A DNA stretch of 64,000 nt, taken from the NCBI GenBank assembly GCA_046154585.1, contig JBJXDX010000157.1:34019-98018 (forward strand), given 5' to 3'. A program made the position numbers and the translations under genes. The notes under the pieces were generated by a model, which was not told where the DNA came from, made no database searches, and saw nothing but the letters and a program-made list of their open reading frames with translations. Below are positions 31,002-41,721 of the stretch, piece by piece (position 1 is the stretch's first letter; each line of letters begins with the position of its first letter). Source of the stretch: Hyphomicrobiaceae bacterium (GTDB lineage: Bacteria; Pseudomonadota; Alphaproteobacteria; Rhizobiales; Hyphomicrobiaceae).

Positions 31002-31236
31002 TGTTCCTATTTCACAATATCTTGGCAGCGGGTTTGGCTGCTGCCATCCCGGCTCCGCAGGGCGCCGAAGGACCACCATAGATGGGGGCTCCGGCCACGC
31101 CAGGCCAGGGTCAAAATTCTTTTTTATTGGCTGTCGTGTTATTGCCTTTGGCTGCCGCTAAGAGCGAGATTGATGGGGGGGGTGCTTGTGCAACTTCAGC
31201 GCAGGTAAGTGCTTCGGCGGCACGAGCGAGGGGGCG

Positions 31237-32784
31237 ATGAAGGCTGTCCGACTGACAACAGCGTTCGCCGTGGCGATGGGCATTGTTCTGCCGCTGCCGG
31301 CCGCGAAGGACGTGATGCGCGTGGCCTGGGCGGCTGAGAAGGATACGCCACCGGGAAAGGGCGATCTGCGGCAGCGCGCGGAGGATCTGGCCAAGTCGGC
31401 GAGCGATAAGTTCGGCGAGATGGTCGGCGGCAAGGAGGAGCAGTCCAAGGCGGCGCCGCCTTCGGCCGATGCGGCGCAGCCCGGCGGATCGGCGATCAGG
31501 CTGGCGGAGCGGGTTCAAAGTTGGACGTCCCGGTCTGCGGCCGACTATCAGGAGCTGATGCGCAGATTGTCCCAGGCGCCGCAACTCAATCCGGTCGCTG
31601 AGGCCGCTGCCAGGCTGGCAGCTGGCCGTTCACCGCGCGAGACGCAGCCTGCGACGCAGTCCTTGATCGAGACGATGATCGGCTGGGTGCATCACGCGGC
31701 GCTGCAGTACCAGGCCGTCGTGCGCGGCCTCCTGTCCGAGCCCGGGCAGACCATTGTTGCGGCGAAAGGCCCGGAGATTGAGGCGAAGCAAGCCGAGGAC
31801 GCGCGACGTCTGGCCGACCTGCTGAAGGCAGCCGAAGCGAAGAAAGTGGATGAAGCTCGGATCGCGACGGCGAAGCAGGCCGAGGCGCAGAAGGCGGCTG
31901 ACGCAAAGAAGTCCGAAGAGGCTCGGGTCGCGACGGCGAAGCAGGCCGAGGATGCTCGGCGGGCCGAGGAAGCGCGGCGCGTCGCTGAAGCACAGAAGGC
32001 GGCCGAGGCACAGAAGGCCGAAGAGGCTCGCGCGGCGGCCGCCAAACAGGCTGAGGACACTCGCCGGGCCGAGGAGGCACGGCGTGCTGCTGAGGCGCAG
32101 AAGGCCGCTGAAGCAAAGAAGGCGGAAGAAGTAAGGGTCGCTGAGGCAAGACAAGCCGAGGATGCGCGCCAGGCCCAGGAAGCGCGGCGTGTAGCGGAGG
32201 TTCAGAAGGCAGCCGAGGCAAAGGAGGCGGACGAGGCTCGGATAGCTGCGGCGAAGCAGGCTGATGACGCACGGCGGGCCGAGGAGGCGCGCCAAGCTGC
32301 CGAAACGCAGAAGGTCGCCGAAGCAAAGAGAGCGGAAGAGGGCCGCGTGGCCGCCGCCAATCGCGAGCCCGCCGAGACGAAGGCGCCGGAGACGTCGCAG
32401 GCGAGCGCTGCACCGTCGCGCAAGAGTACAGCGGCGCAACGGCGAGCGGAGCGGAAGGAGCGCACAGCGAGAAAGGGCGCGGCGTCGCGCAAACTGGCGG
32501 TTGCGTCAAGCCGCAAGCGCGCCAAGCAAACCGCGTCATTGAGCAAGAGCCGGCGTAAGAAGCCCGTTCATGACACGTGCCGCATGGCGGGCGACCGCAC
32601 GAACGTGCCCGGCTGGTACGTCGTGAGGCGCGGCGATACACTGTGGAAGATCGCTGCCCGGCACTACGGCATTGGCCGGCGCTACCCGGTGATCTACAGG
32701 GCCAACGCGCGCCGGATCGCAGATCCCAATGTCATCTTGCGGTGCCAGCGCATATATCTGCCGAAGTTTCGCCGCCGCGGCTGA
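31237..32784 (+). CDS. secreted LysM peptidoglycan-binding protein with a long Ala/Glu/Lys/Arg-rich tandem-repeat region
   Basis: signal peptide; ~5 repeats of a ~35-aa unit (AKQAEDARRAEEARRVAEAQKAAEA...); C-terminal LysM (YVVRRGDTLWKIAARHYG...). Confidence 0.75.
   Translation: MKAVRLTTAFAVAMGIVLPLPAAKDVMRVAWAAEKDTPPGKGDLRQRAEDLAKSASDKFGEMVGGKEEQSKAAPPSADAAQPGGSAIRLAERVQSWTSRSAADYQELMRRLSQAPQLNPVAEAAARLAAGRSPRETQPATQSLIETMIGWVHHAALQYQAVVRGLLSEPGQTIVAAKGPEIEAKQAEDARRLADLLKAAEAKKVDEARIATAKQAEAQKAADAKKSEEARVATAKQAEDARRAEEARRVAEAQKAAEAQKAEEARAAAAKQAEDTRRAEEARRAAEAQKAAEAKKAEEVRVAEARQAEDARQAQEARRVAEVQKAAEAKEADEARIAAAKQADDARRAEEARQAAETQKVAEAKRAEEGRVAAANREPAETKAPETSQASAAPSRKSTAAQRRAERKERTARKGAASRKLAVASSRKRAKQTASLSKSRRKKPVHDTCRMAGDRTNVPGWYVVRRGDTLWKIAARHYGIGRRYPVIYRANARRIADPNVILRCQRIYLPKFRRRG
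31785..32350 (+). repeat. in-frame tandem DNA repeats (~105-nt period) inside the LysM protein gene
   Basis: recurring gcgaagcaggccgagga / gaggcgcagaaggc(c/g)gc(c/t)ga blocks. Confidence 0.6.
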
Positions 32785-32862
32785 CGGCCCGATGTTGCAG
32801 ATGCGAAAGCGCTGGCCGTTTCATCCGTCGACAAGCCGCCTCGGGCGATCTATGGCTTTCGC

Positions 32863-34854
32863 ATGCAGCTCACCCACGAGCAGCCACACAGAACGTTGCG
32901 GGCTGCCATTATCGATCGACTGACACCAGCGCCATCCCGTCTGCGTGCTCTGCGCGCCCTCGCGCCCTACATCTGGCCCCACGATCGCCCGGACCTGCAG
33001 CGGACCGTTGCGCTGTCGCTGGCGCTGATGCTGGTGGCCAAGGTCGTGACGGTTCTGATGCCCTACACCTACAAGTGGGCGACGGATGCGCTGGTCGCGG
33101 CCAGCGGCGGCCAGCTACCGGCAGGCTCGACTGTGGCCTGGCTCGTCGGCGCGCCGGTTCTCGCCACGCTGCTGTATGGGGCCGTGCGCATCAGCATGAC
33201 CTTGCTGCAGCAGTCGCGTGAGGGACTGTTCGCCAAGGTGGCGATGCACGCGGTGCGCAAGCTCGCCCTGTCGACGTTCGAGCACATGCATCGTCTGTCT
33301 CTCCGCTTCCACCTCGAGCGCAAGACGGGCGGACTCACGCGCGTGCTGGAGCGGGGGCGGACCGGGATCGAAAACATCACGCGCCTAACGCTGATGACCT
33401 TAGTGCCTACGATCGTCGAGTTCGTGCTGGTCCTCGTCGTGTTCGCGCTCGAGTTCGACTGGCGCTATGTGCTGGCGGTCGCGTCGATGATCGTGCTGTA
33501 CCTCGCCTACACCGTGCGCGCCACCGAGTGGCGCGTCCGCATCCGTCGCGACATGAACGAGAGCGACACGGACGCCAACACGAAGGCGGTGGACAGTCTC
33601 CTCAACTACGAGACCGTTAAATACTTCGGTGCCGAAGAGCGCGAGGCGAGACGCTACGACAGGTCCATGGAGCTGTATGAGCGGGCGAGCATCAAGACCT
33701 ACACGTCGCTCGCCGTTCTCAATACGGGCCAAGCCATCGTCTTCACGCTAGCGCTGACCGGCTGCATGGTGATGGCCGCGATGGATGTGGTGAGCGGCCA
33801 CAACACCGTCGGCCAGTTCATCATGGTCAACGCGCTGATGCTGCAGCTCTTCATCCCGCTTAATTTCATGGGCATGGTCTATCGCGAGATCAAGCAAGGC
33901 ATCATCGACATCGAGAGGATGATGGACGTCCTGGAGATGAGTCCGGAGGTCGCCGACAAGCCCGGTGCCAAGCCGCTGGCGGTTGCCGGAGGCAGCGTGC
34001 GCTTCGACAACGTGACGTTCGCCTATGATCTGCAGCGGCCGATCCTGGCGCCGCTGTCGTTCGAGGTCCCGGCAGGCAAGATGGTGGCGATCGTCGGCCC
34101 GTCGGGAGCGGGCAAATCGACCATCAGCCGCATCCTGCTCCGCTTCTACGACGTGGCGTCGGGTCGCGTGCTGATCGACGGACAGGACGTTCGCGACGTG
34201 ACGCAGAAGAGCCTGCGGGCCGCCATCGCGGTGGTGCCGCAAGACACCGTGCTGTTCAACGACACCATCTTCTACAACATTGCCTATGGCCGGGCCGACG
34301 CGACCGTAGAGGACGTACATGCTGCCGCTCGAATGGCGCAGCTCGACGAACTCATCCGTGCGTTGCCGGACGGCTACGATACGATGGTGGGTGAGCGCGG
34401 GCTCAAGCTGTCGGGTGGCGAGAAGCAGCGCGTCGCCATCGCGCGCGCGATCCTGAAGAACCCGCCGATCCTGGTGCTGGATGAAGCGACCAGTGCCCTC
34501 GACAGCCACACGGAAAAGGAAATCCAGGACGCGCTCGACAGGATTTCCCGGAACCGCACCTCGGTCGTCATCGCCCATCGCCTCTCCACGATCGTGCATG
34601 CCGACCTCATCCTGGTGCTGGAGAAAGGGCGGCTTATCGAGCAGGGCACGCACGCGCATTTGATGGCGGCAGACGGACTATATGCGTCCATGTGGAACCG
34701 CCAGCGTCAGGCGGAGAAAGCTCGCGAGGAGCTTGCCGTCGCGCTCGAGCAGGAGCAGCGTCTCGAGGGGCGGAAGATTACCGACGGCCACATCCGCCCC
34801 GACGAGACGATAGCGCCGGTGACGATCGAAGCATCCGAACGCGTGATCGACTAG
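32863..34854 (+). CDS. ABC transporter, fused permease/ATPase (ABCB, Atm1/HmtA-like exporter)
   Basis: 6-TM domain followed by Walker A GPSGAGKST, signature LSGGEKQR, Walker B ILVLDEATSALD. Confidence 0.85.
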   Translation: MQLTHEQPHRTLRAAIIDRLTPAPSRLRALRALAPYIWPHDRPDLQRTVALSLALMLVAKVVTVLMPYTYKWATDALVAASGGQLPAGSTVAWLVGAPVLATLLYGAVRISMTLLQQSREGLFAKVAMHAVRKLALSTFEHMHRLSLRFHLERKTGGLTRVLERGRTGIENITRLTLMTLVPTIVEFVLVLVVFALEFDWRYVLAVASMIVLYLAYTVRATEWRVRIRRDMNESDTDANTKAVDSLLNYETVKYFGAEEREARRYDRSMELYERASIKTYTSLAVLNTGQAIVFTLALTGCMVMAAMDVVSGHNTVGQFIMVNALMLQLFIPLNFMGMVYREIKQGIIDIERMMDVLEMSPEVADKPGAKPLAVAGGSVRFDNVTFAYDLQRPILAPLSFEVPAGKMVAIVGPSGAGKSTISRILLRFYDVASGRVLIDGQDVRDVTQKSLRAAIAVVPQDTVLFNDTIFYNIAYGRADATVEDVHAAARMAQLDELIRALPDGYDTMVGERGLKLSGGEKQRVAIARAILKNPPILVLDEATSALDSHTEKEIQDALDRISRNRTSVVIAHRLSTIVHADLILVLEKGRLIEQGTHAHLMAADGLYASMWNRQRQAEKAREELAVALEQEQRLEGRKITDGHIRPDETIAPVTIEASERVID

Positions 34855-34868
34855 CCGGTGGTGAGAGA

Positions 34869-35498
34869 ATGGATCACCAGAGCGAGGATCGGAAGAATGG
34901 ACGCGGGCGCTTCGTGGGTGCGCTGGCGACCTGCGCGCGTGTGGCGCTGCTGATCCTTCGTCGCTCCGTCGGCGTTGTTCTGGCGCTCATCGTCCTGTTC
35001 GAGGAATGGGGCTGGCGGCCGCTCGCCGATGCTCTGGCGAAACTTGCGCGCTGGCGGCTGTGGGCGAAGGCGGAAGCGCTGGTCGCGGCACTGCCGCCCT
35101 ACGCAGCGCTCTGTGTCTTTGCTCTGCCGACGGCGCTGCTGTTTCCGCTGAAGCTTCTGGCGCTCTTTCTCGTTGCCAAGGGGCAGGCGATAGCGGCCGG
35201 TGCGCTGTTCCTGGCCGCCAAGGTGGTCGGAACGGCGCTGGTGGCGCGGATTTTCCAGCTCACGCAGCCAGCGCTCATGCGCATTCCGTGGTTCGCATGG
35301 GCCTACTCGCGCTTCATTCCCTGGAAAGAAGCGGTCTTTGCCGCCATCCGCTCGACCTGGGCGTGGCGCTATGGCCGGATCCTCAAGGCGCGGGTCAAGA
35401 AGGTTGCGGAACCCGCGTGGCGGGAGGCCAAGGCGCGCCTCGCGGCGGTCGCGGACGACATCCGTCAGCGGGCGCGGGCCTGGTTCGGTCAGCCGTGA
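34869..35498 (+). CDS. hypothetical inner-membrane protein
   Basis: 209 aa, 3-4 TM helices; no recognised motif. Confidence 0.45.
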   Translation: MDHQSEDRKNGRGRFVGALATCARVALLILRRSVGVVLALIVLFEEWGWRPLADALAKLARWRLWAKAEALVAALPPYAALCVFALPTALLFPLKLLALFLVAKGQAIAAGALFLAAKVVGTALVARIFQLTQPALMRIPWFAWAYSRFIPWKEAVFAAIRSTWAWRYGRILKARVKKVAEPAWREAKARLAAVADDIRQRARAWFGQP

Positions 35499-35540
35499 GC
35501 ATGAGTGACCGGCATCGCCGGAGCGATGCTGGTCTCTTGG

Positions 35541-36719
35541 TCATTGCGGCTTGACCTCGGGCATCTTCCCGTCCGCCTGATCGCGCAGGCGGTACAGGTT
35601 CTGCAGCAAGGCATCGAAGCCGCCGGCGCCGCCACCACCCGTATGCAGGTCGATGCGGCCGACCTTCTCGACCAGCTTCTCGAGGGCCTCGAGCTCCTTC
35701 AAGCGAAGCAGCAGCGGGTTATCCTCCATCAGCCGGGCGGTGTTCAGAAGGGAGCGGGTCGCAGCCGTCTCCTCCTGGCGGCGGATCAGGTTGGCCTTGG
35801 CCGTCCGCTCCGCCTCCACGACCTTGTTCAGGAGGTCGCGCACGTCGCCCGGGAGGATGACGTCCTTGACGCCGATCTCGCCGATCTCGACACCGAGCGC
35901 GCCGGCGCGCTCGGTGACGAAGCCGCGGACCTCGTGGTCGATGGTGTCGCGCGCGGCCAGGATCTCATCGAGCGTGCGCGTCGCCACGGCCTCGCGGATC
36001 GCGAACTGCACGAGCCGGTACAGGGTGTTGGAGACGTCGCCTGCTGCCAGCGCCGCTTTCTCCGGATCGATCACCTTGGTGAAAGCCGTGAGCGTCACCC
36101 GGATGCCGATGCGATCCTTGGTCAGGATCTCCTGCGCCGTCACCTCCAGCGGCTGCGGGCGCGTGTCGACCTTCTGGATCTTGATCGTGCGGCCCACGGC
36201 CCAGAACGCGTGCCGGCCCGCCGGCAGCCGTTCGACGAGCTTGCCGTCGATAAACAGCAGGCCTGCCTCGTGCGCCTCCACGATGGCATGCACGACAATA
36301 GGCATGCGCGTGAGATCGAGCCGGTCCAGATGGCGCTTGGAGACGCGTACGTCGGCGTCCGCGTCGATGCGGTCCACTTCGACCTTGGTCAACGTCTTCC
36401 AGAACGCGCGCGTCGCGTTCGGCATGACCATGTGCTTGGGCTCGCCGTCGAACGAAACGATGGCGACATCCGTCGGGCCGAGCTGCACGATCTCGAAATT
36501 CTCGGCCGCGACATGCGGATGCGTCTTGGCGAGGAGCAGCGCCTTGTCGGCTGAAATTTCGGCGCGCACGGCCTTGACCGTCTCGGCGACAAGATGGCCC
36601 TGCGGATCGAACGCGGTGAATCGGCCCGGTCCCAGCAGGCGCTCGAACCGGCCGTCACGGGTGAGAATGGCGCGCTCGTCGTCCTTGACGATTACCTTGA
36701 ACATGCGCAGCTTCCACAT
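35541..36719 (-). CDS. SPFH/band-7 (slipin-like) domain protein
   Basis: SPFH core with a coiled-coil C-terminus. Confidence 0.7.
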   Translation of the reverse strand: MWKLRMFKVIVKDDERAILTRDGRFERLLGPGRFTAFDPQGHLVAETVKAVRAEISADKALLLAKTHPHVAAENFEIVQLGPTDVAIVSFDGEPKHMVMPNATRAFWKTLTKVEVDRIDADADVRVSKRHLDRLDLTRMPIVVHAIVEAHEAGLLFIDGKLVERLPAGRHAFWAVGRTIKIQKVDTRPQPLEVTAQEILTKDRIGIRVTLTAFTKVIDPEKAALAAGDVSNTLYRLVQFAIREAVATRTLDEILAARDTIDHEVRGFVTERAGALGVEIGEIGVKDVILPGDVRDLLNKVVEAERTAKANLIRRQEETAATRSLLNTARLMEDNPLLLRLKELEALEKLVEKVGRIDLHTGGGGAGGFDALLQNLYRLRDQADGKMPEVKPQ

Positions 36720-37035
36720 AACACACACTCCAAAATCATCTACGTACTCAAACCCTGCGACCGCTCGAGGTCACCGGCTGCCGCCCACGTCCAGACGACG
36801 GGCCCGCGCTTGAGCCTGACAGATCCGCGTTGAGAGCCGGCTGCGTCCGCGCCGGTCCGAAAACCAACGCGCCGGTGCCGGCCCCGCTCGCTTCCTCGTC
36901 AGGCGGTATCCGCGCGGGCGCAGAGTGCCTGGGCGCTTGCCGCCTTGCCCGTCGCTTCGGCCGAAGCCTCCGCGCCGGTTGGGGCGGCCGGGAAGCAGCC
37001 GGCTTCCCGTGTATGGAGTTCGTTGTGAGACGAAC

Positions 37036-37103
37036 GATCGACGTGGGAGTCGAACCCACTCCGCGAGATTAAAGGTCCCGTGCTCTACCGATGAGCTAGT
37101 CTT
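37036..37103 (-). pseudogene. tRNA-like fragment: well-formed D-arm, anticodon arm (loop CCTTTAA, anticodon UUU-like) and T-arm, but no pairing acceptor stem and no CCA
   Basis: reverse complement AAAGACTAGCTCATCGGTAGAGCACGGGACCTTTAATCTCGCGGAGTGGGTTCGACTCCCACGTCGATC; 5' AAAGACT cannot pair with 3' GTCGATC; C at position 33. Confidence 0.45.
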
Positions 37104-37174
37104 TGGTGAAGCTAAGGAGAATCGAACCCCTGCAGCCTGGTATCCCAGGTGCTCTACCACTGAGCTATAGCCTC
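37104..37174 (-). pseudogene. tRNA-like element with a defective anticodon arm (71 nt including CCA)
   Basis: reverse complement GAGGCTATAGCTCAGTGGTAGAGCACCTGGGATACCAGGCTGCAGGGGTTCGATTCTCCTTAGCTTCACCA; acceptor, D and T arms pair correctly but the anticodon region CCTGG-GATA-CCAGG leaves only a 4-nt loop. Confidence 0.45.
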
Positions 37175-37450
37175 GGCATCCCGACGGACGCGGAACACAC
37201 CACCGCAAAGCGGTATGCGCCAGCCAGGTCTCAGCGAGCCCGGGCACGCGGCGTTCGGCAGGAGGGCGGGTGCGTAGCCCGCCATTGCGGCAAAATCAAG
37301 CGTTTCAGGCTGCCGGAGCGCCAATTGGGCCGCCATGGGAGCAACCAATTTTGAGCCGATGCCGGGCGAAATGCCGGTTTTCCCTTGCGAGGCACAGCGC
37401 CAAGGCGTTAGGCGTACGCCGACCCAATTCCTGAGCAAACCAGTCTGTAG

Positions 37451-38485
<1,035 letters not shown>

Positions 38486-38591
38486 GTATCGTACTGCCAA
38501 CGCAAAGCGACGCCGGGGCCATTGGGGAGAATTGGCTCCGGCGTCGTCGTTTCATCCCTCTCCTAGTGGCGAAGTGAGGGATGCCCCGTAG

Positions 38592-38936
38592 TTACTTCAC
38601 GCTGACCTTTGCCTTGATGGAGTCGAAGGCGGCCTGCGGCAGGACCTTCTTGCTCATAAGCTCGTCCACGGTCTTATAGGGACGGCCGGCAGCGATGGCC
38701 TTGGCATGATCCTTGGACAAGCCCTCGAGCTCGGCGGTTGTTGCCGTGTTGATGTTGATGAGCTTGGCTTCGGCTTTCACTTGCGTGGGCTGAGCCGTTT
38801 TGGCATCGGCCTTGGGGGTGATGGCCGGGGTCGTTGCGGCGGGCTGACCCGAGGTCCCCGTTGCGGGCTTGTCCTGGGCGACGGCGGGAGCGACCAGGGC
38901 CAGGGTCAGGGCAGCGGCAGTGAGAATCCTGCTCAT
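38592..38936 (-). CDS. comEA: ComEA-like helix-hairpin-helix DNA-binding protein (secreted)
   Basis: signal peptide; ININTATTAELEGL...IAAGRPYKTVDEL HhH motif. Confidence 0.7.
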   Translation of the reverse strand: MSRILTAAALTLALVAPAVAQDKPATGTSGQPAATTPAITPKADAKTAQPTQVKAEAKLININTATTAELEGLSKDHAKAIAAGRPYKTVDELMSKKVLPQAAFDSIKAKVSVK

Positions 38937-39087
38937 TGAAGGTGTTCCTCGTTGATGCGAGCCTCACGTCGAGGCGTGCGGATATATCGCCTGAGCAATG
39001 CGGTGCCGTGTTGTCCGCCAGCTAACGGCAGCATGAAGGGGTTGTTTAGCGCACGTTCATATCCAAGGTGCAGAAGGGAAAGAGCGA

Positions 39088-40269
39088 ATGAGCGCAGCAC
39101 TCGATATAGATCGTCTGCGGGCCGAAACGCCGGCGTGCGCCGATCTCATTCACTTCAACAATGCCGGCGCGGCGCTCATGCCGAATGCGGTTGTGGACGC
39201 CGTCAGTGGGCACCTCGAGCTGGAACGGCGGATCGGCGGTTACGAAGCCGCGGCCGCTGCCGAGCACGAGCTTGATGATTTCTACACGGCCTTTGCTGAC
39301 CTGCTCGGCTGCGCGAGTGATGAGATCGCCTACATCGAGAACGCGACGCGGGCCTGGGACATGGCCTTCTACGCCATCCCGTTCGAAGAGGGTGATCGCA
39401 TCGTCACGGCCGAGGCCGAGTATGCGTCCAACTACATCGCATTCCTGCAGATGGCCAAGCGCCGGGGCGTGAAGATCGAGGTGGTGCGCTCCGATGCCAG
39501 CGGCGCGGTGGATGTTGCCGAGCTGGATCGCATCGTTCGCGCGGGCGGTGTCAGGCTGATCGCCATCACCCATGTGCCGACGCAGGGCGGGCTCGTCAAT
39601 CCCGCCGCCGAGATCGGTCGCATCGCGCGGGCAAACGGCCTGCTGTATCTGCTCGATGCGTGTCAGTCGGTGGGGCAGATGCCCGTCGATGTTCGCGATG
39701 TTCAGTGTGACATGCTCTCAGGAACGGGACGCAAGTTCCTGCGCGGGCCGCGCGGCACAGGGTTTCTGTATGTCCGCAAAGGCATCCTGGATCAGCTCGA
39801 GCCGCCCTTCCTCGACATGCAGGCCGCGGAAATTGATACTTCCGGCGGCTATCGCATGGCTGCCGGTGCCATGCGTTTTGAGAGCTGGGAGAGCTTCGTC
39901 GCCGGCCGGATCGGGCTGCGGGCTGCCGTCCGCTACGCTCTGGCCATCGGTCTTCCAGCTATTCGTGAGCGGACGTTTGCGCTCGGCGACGAGTTGCGCG
40001 CCGAGCTGTTGCGGATACCAGGCGTGACGGTGCGCGATTTGGGCCGCGAAAAGTGCGGGATCGTGACGTTCACGAAAGAGGGCGAAGAGCCTGACGCCAT
40101 AAAGCGGCGCTTAGGAGAGAAGCGCATCAACGTCTCGGTGTCGCGAGCCCGTTACGCGACGCTCGATCTTGGCAAGCGTGGCCTTTCGGCAGTCGTGCGC
40201 GCGTCCGTGCACTACTACAACACGAGCGATGAGGTCGGCCGTTTCTGCGACGTGTTACGATCGCGCTGA
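39088..40269 (+). CDS. class V aminotransferase-fold PLP-dependent enzyme (cysteine-desulfurase / isopenicillin-N-epimerase-like)
   Basis: 393 aa; lysine-containing [19 protein letters not shown] region. Confidence 0.7.
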   Translation: MSAALDIDRLRAETPACADLIHFNNAGAALMPNAVVDAVSGHLELERRIGGYEAAAAAEHELDDFYTAFADLLGCASDEIAYIENATRAWDMAFYAIPFEEGDRIVTAEAEYASNYIAFLQMAKRRGVKIEVVRSDASGAVDVAELDRIVRAGGVRLIAITHVPTQGGLVNPAAEIGRIARANGLLYLLDACQSVGQMPVDVRDVQCDMLSGTGRKFLRGPRGTGFLYVRKGILDQLEPPFLDMQAAEIDTSGGYRMAAGAMRFESWESFVAGRIGLRAAVRYALAIGLPAIRERTFALGDELRAELLRIPGVTVRDLGREKCGIVTFTKEGEEPDAIKRRLGEKRINVSVSRARYATLDLGKRGLSAVVRASVHYYNTSDEVGRFCDVLRSR

Positions 40270-40686
40270 GATCGGTCGTCCACCGGAAGGAACCATCTGC
40301 CGTCGCGTCGGGGAGGGAGGTGTGTGGCGGTGCGGCGGCAAACGGAACCTTCCGGCAGAGAAGCAGGCTGGCCAGATGTGCCGAGGCGCATCGTGGCAGC
40401 CTAGCCAGGATCAGGACTCACACCGAAGGGCGGTATCGGCGGGGTCCCGAATGTCCGTATCTGGCGCCCCGATCGTGATGACTTTCGGGCCTTAAGGGGA
40501 CGATTTCGCGGCCGCAGTTCACGTCTTATGACGCGCGCGAAATAGAGTTCGCATGAGCACAAGTAGCGGCTGGCAAGGGGAAAAAGCTATGCGTCCGTGG
40601 GCGCCCCAGCGCCAGCCCACGCGGCCATTGGCCTAAACGGCAAATTACGGCAATGTGCCGGCCGGCGGCCGGCAGGAGACGTGGTG

Positions 40687-41598
40687 ATGCGATTGCCCTT
40701 CTACACTCTCGACGTGTTCACGACGAAGCGGTTCGGCGGCAACCCGCTGGCGGTCGTTCTCGATGCCGATGCGCTCGACACGGCGACGATGCAGACCATC
40801 GCGCGCGAGTTCAACCTGTCCGAAACGGTGTTCGTGATGAAACCCGAGGGGCCGGCACATTCGGCACGCATCCGCATCTTCACGCCGGCGGCTGAAATGC
40901 CGTTTGCAGGACACCCGACGGTTGGCACGGCAGCTTTGCTGGCCGAGCTGCGAAACCCCGCTGTCAGCGGAGAGCAGGATGCCATCGTCGTGCTTGAAGA
41001 GAAGATAGGTCCTGTTCGCGTCGGCGTGAACCTGCGCAGCGGATCGGCGACGCTGGCGGAGTTCGATGCCCCGCGGTTGCCAGAGGAGGAGGGGAAGGCG
41101 CCAAGCCCGGATCGTCTCGCCTCGGCACTGGGGCTTATTGAGTCGGAAATCGGTTTCGAGAACCATCGCCCAACCCGCTATACGGCTGGCAATGCCTTCA
41201 TTTTCGTGCCCGTCGCTACGCTCGAGGCGATTGCCAAGGCACACATCGCCTCGTCGCACTGGGCGTCGGCCTTTGCCGGGGAGAACGCGGTCGGCGTCTT
41301 CCTCTATACGCGACAGGTAGCCCACACAACGTCGGCCTTCCATGCACGCATGTTCGCGCCGCATCACGGCGTCGCCGAGGACCCGGCCACCGGCAGCGCC
41401 GCGGCGGCGTTCGCCGGTGTCATCCAGCGCTTCGACGAGCCGACGGAGGGCGTGCATCGCCGCGTCATCGAGCAGGGGTTCGAGATGGGCCGGCCGAGCC
41501 TGATTACGGTGTCTTTGACCGTGGCGCAAGGGCAGCTCAGCGCGGTGCGCATTGCCGGTCATGCGGTCCGCGTCGGTGAGGGCACCATCGAGGTTTAA
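40687..41598 (+). CDS. PhzF-family isomerase
   Basis: N-terminus MRLPFYTLDVFTTKRFGGNPLAVV... typical of the PhzF/YddE family. Confidence 0.8.
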   Translation: MRLPFYTLDVFTTKRFGGNPLAVVLDADALDTATMQTIAREFNLSETVFVMKPEGPAHSARIRIFTPAAEMPFAGHPTVGTAALLAELRNPAVSGEQDAIVVLEEKIGPVRVGVNLRSGSATLAEFDAPRLPEEEGKAPSPDRLASALGLIESEIGFENHRPTRYTAGNAFIFVPVATLEAIAKAHIASSHWASAFAGENAVGVFLYTRQVAHTTSAFHARMFAPHHGVAEDPATGSAAAAFAGVIQRFDEPTEGVHRRVIEQGFEMGRPSLITVSLTVAQGQLSAVRIAGHAVRVGEGTIEV

Positions 41599-41721
41599 GG
41601 CCTTTGCCTCGAATATCGCTTGCAATGGCTCGTGAGGTTCGGCTAATTGGCTGGCATTCACGGGCGTGACATGGGCCATAGGCTCCGGGCGAGAATGATC
41701 GAGAACCTGCCAGGTTCGGAA

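Noticed and set aside
38592-38936. ComEA as part of a natural-competence locus
   Set aside because: No comEC, comF or pilus genes are nearby. A single HhH secreted protein is common in non-competent alphaproteobacteria, so it is not treated as evidence of a system.
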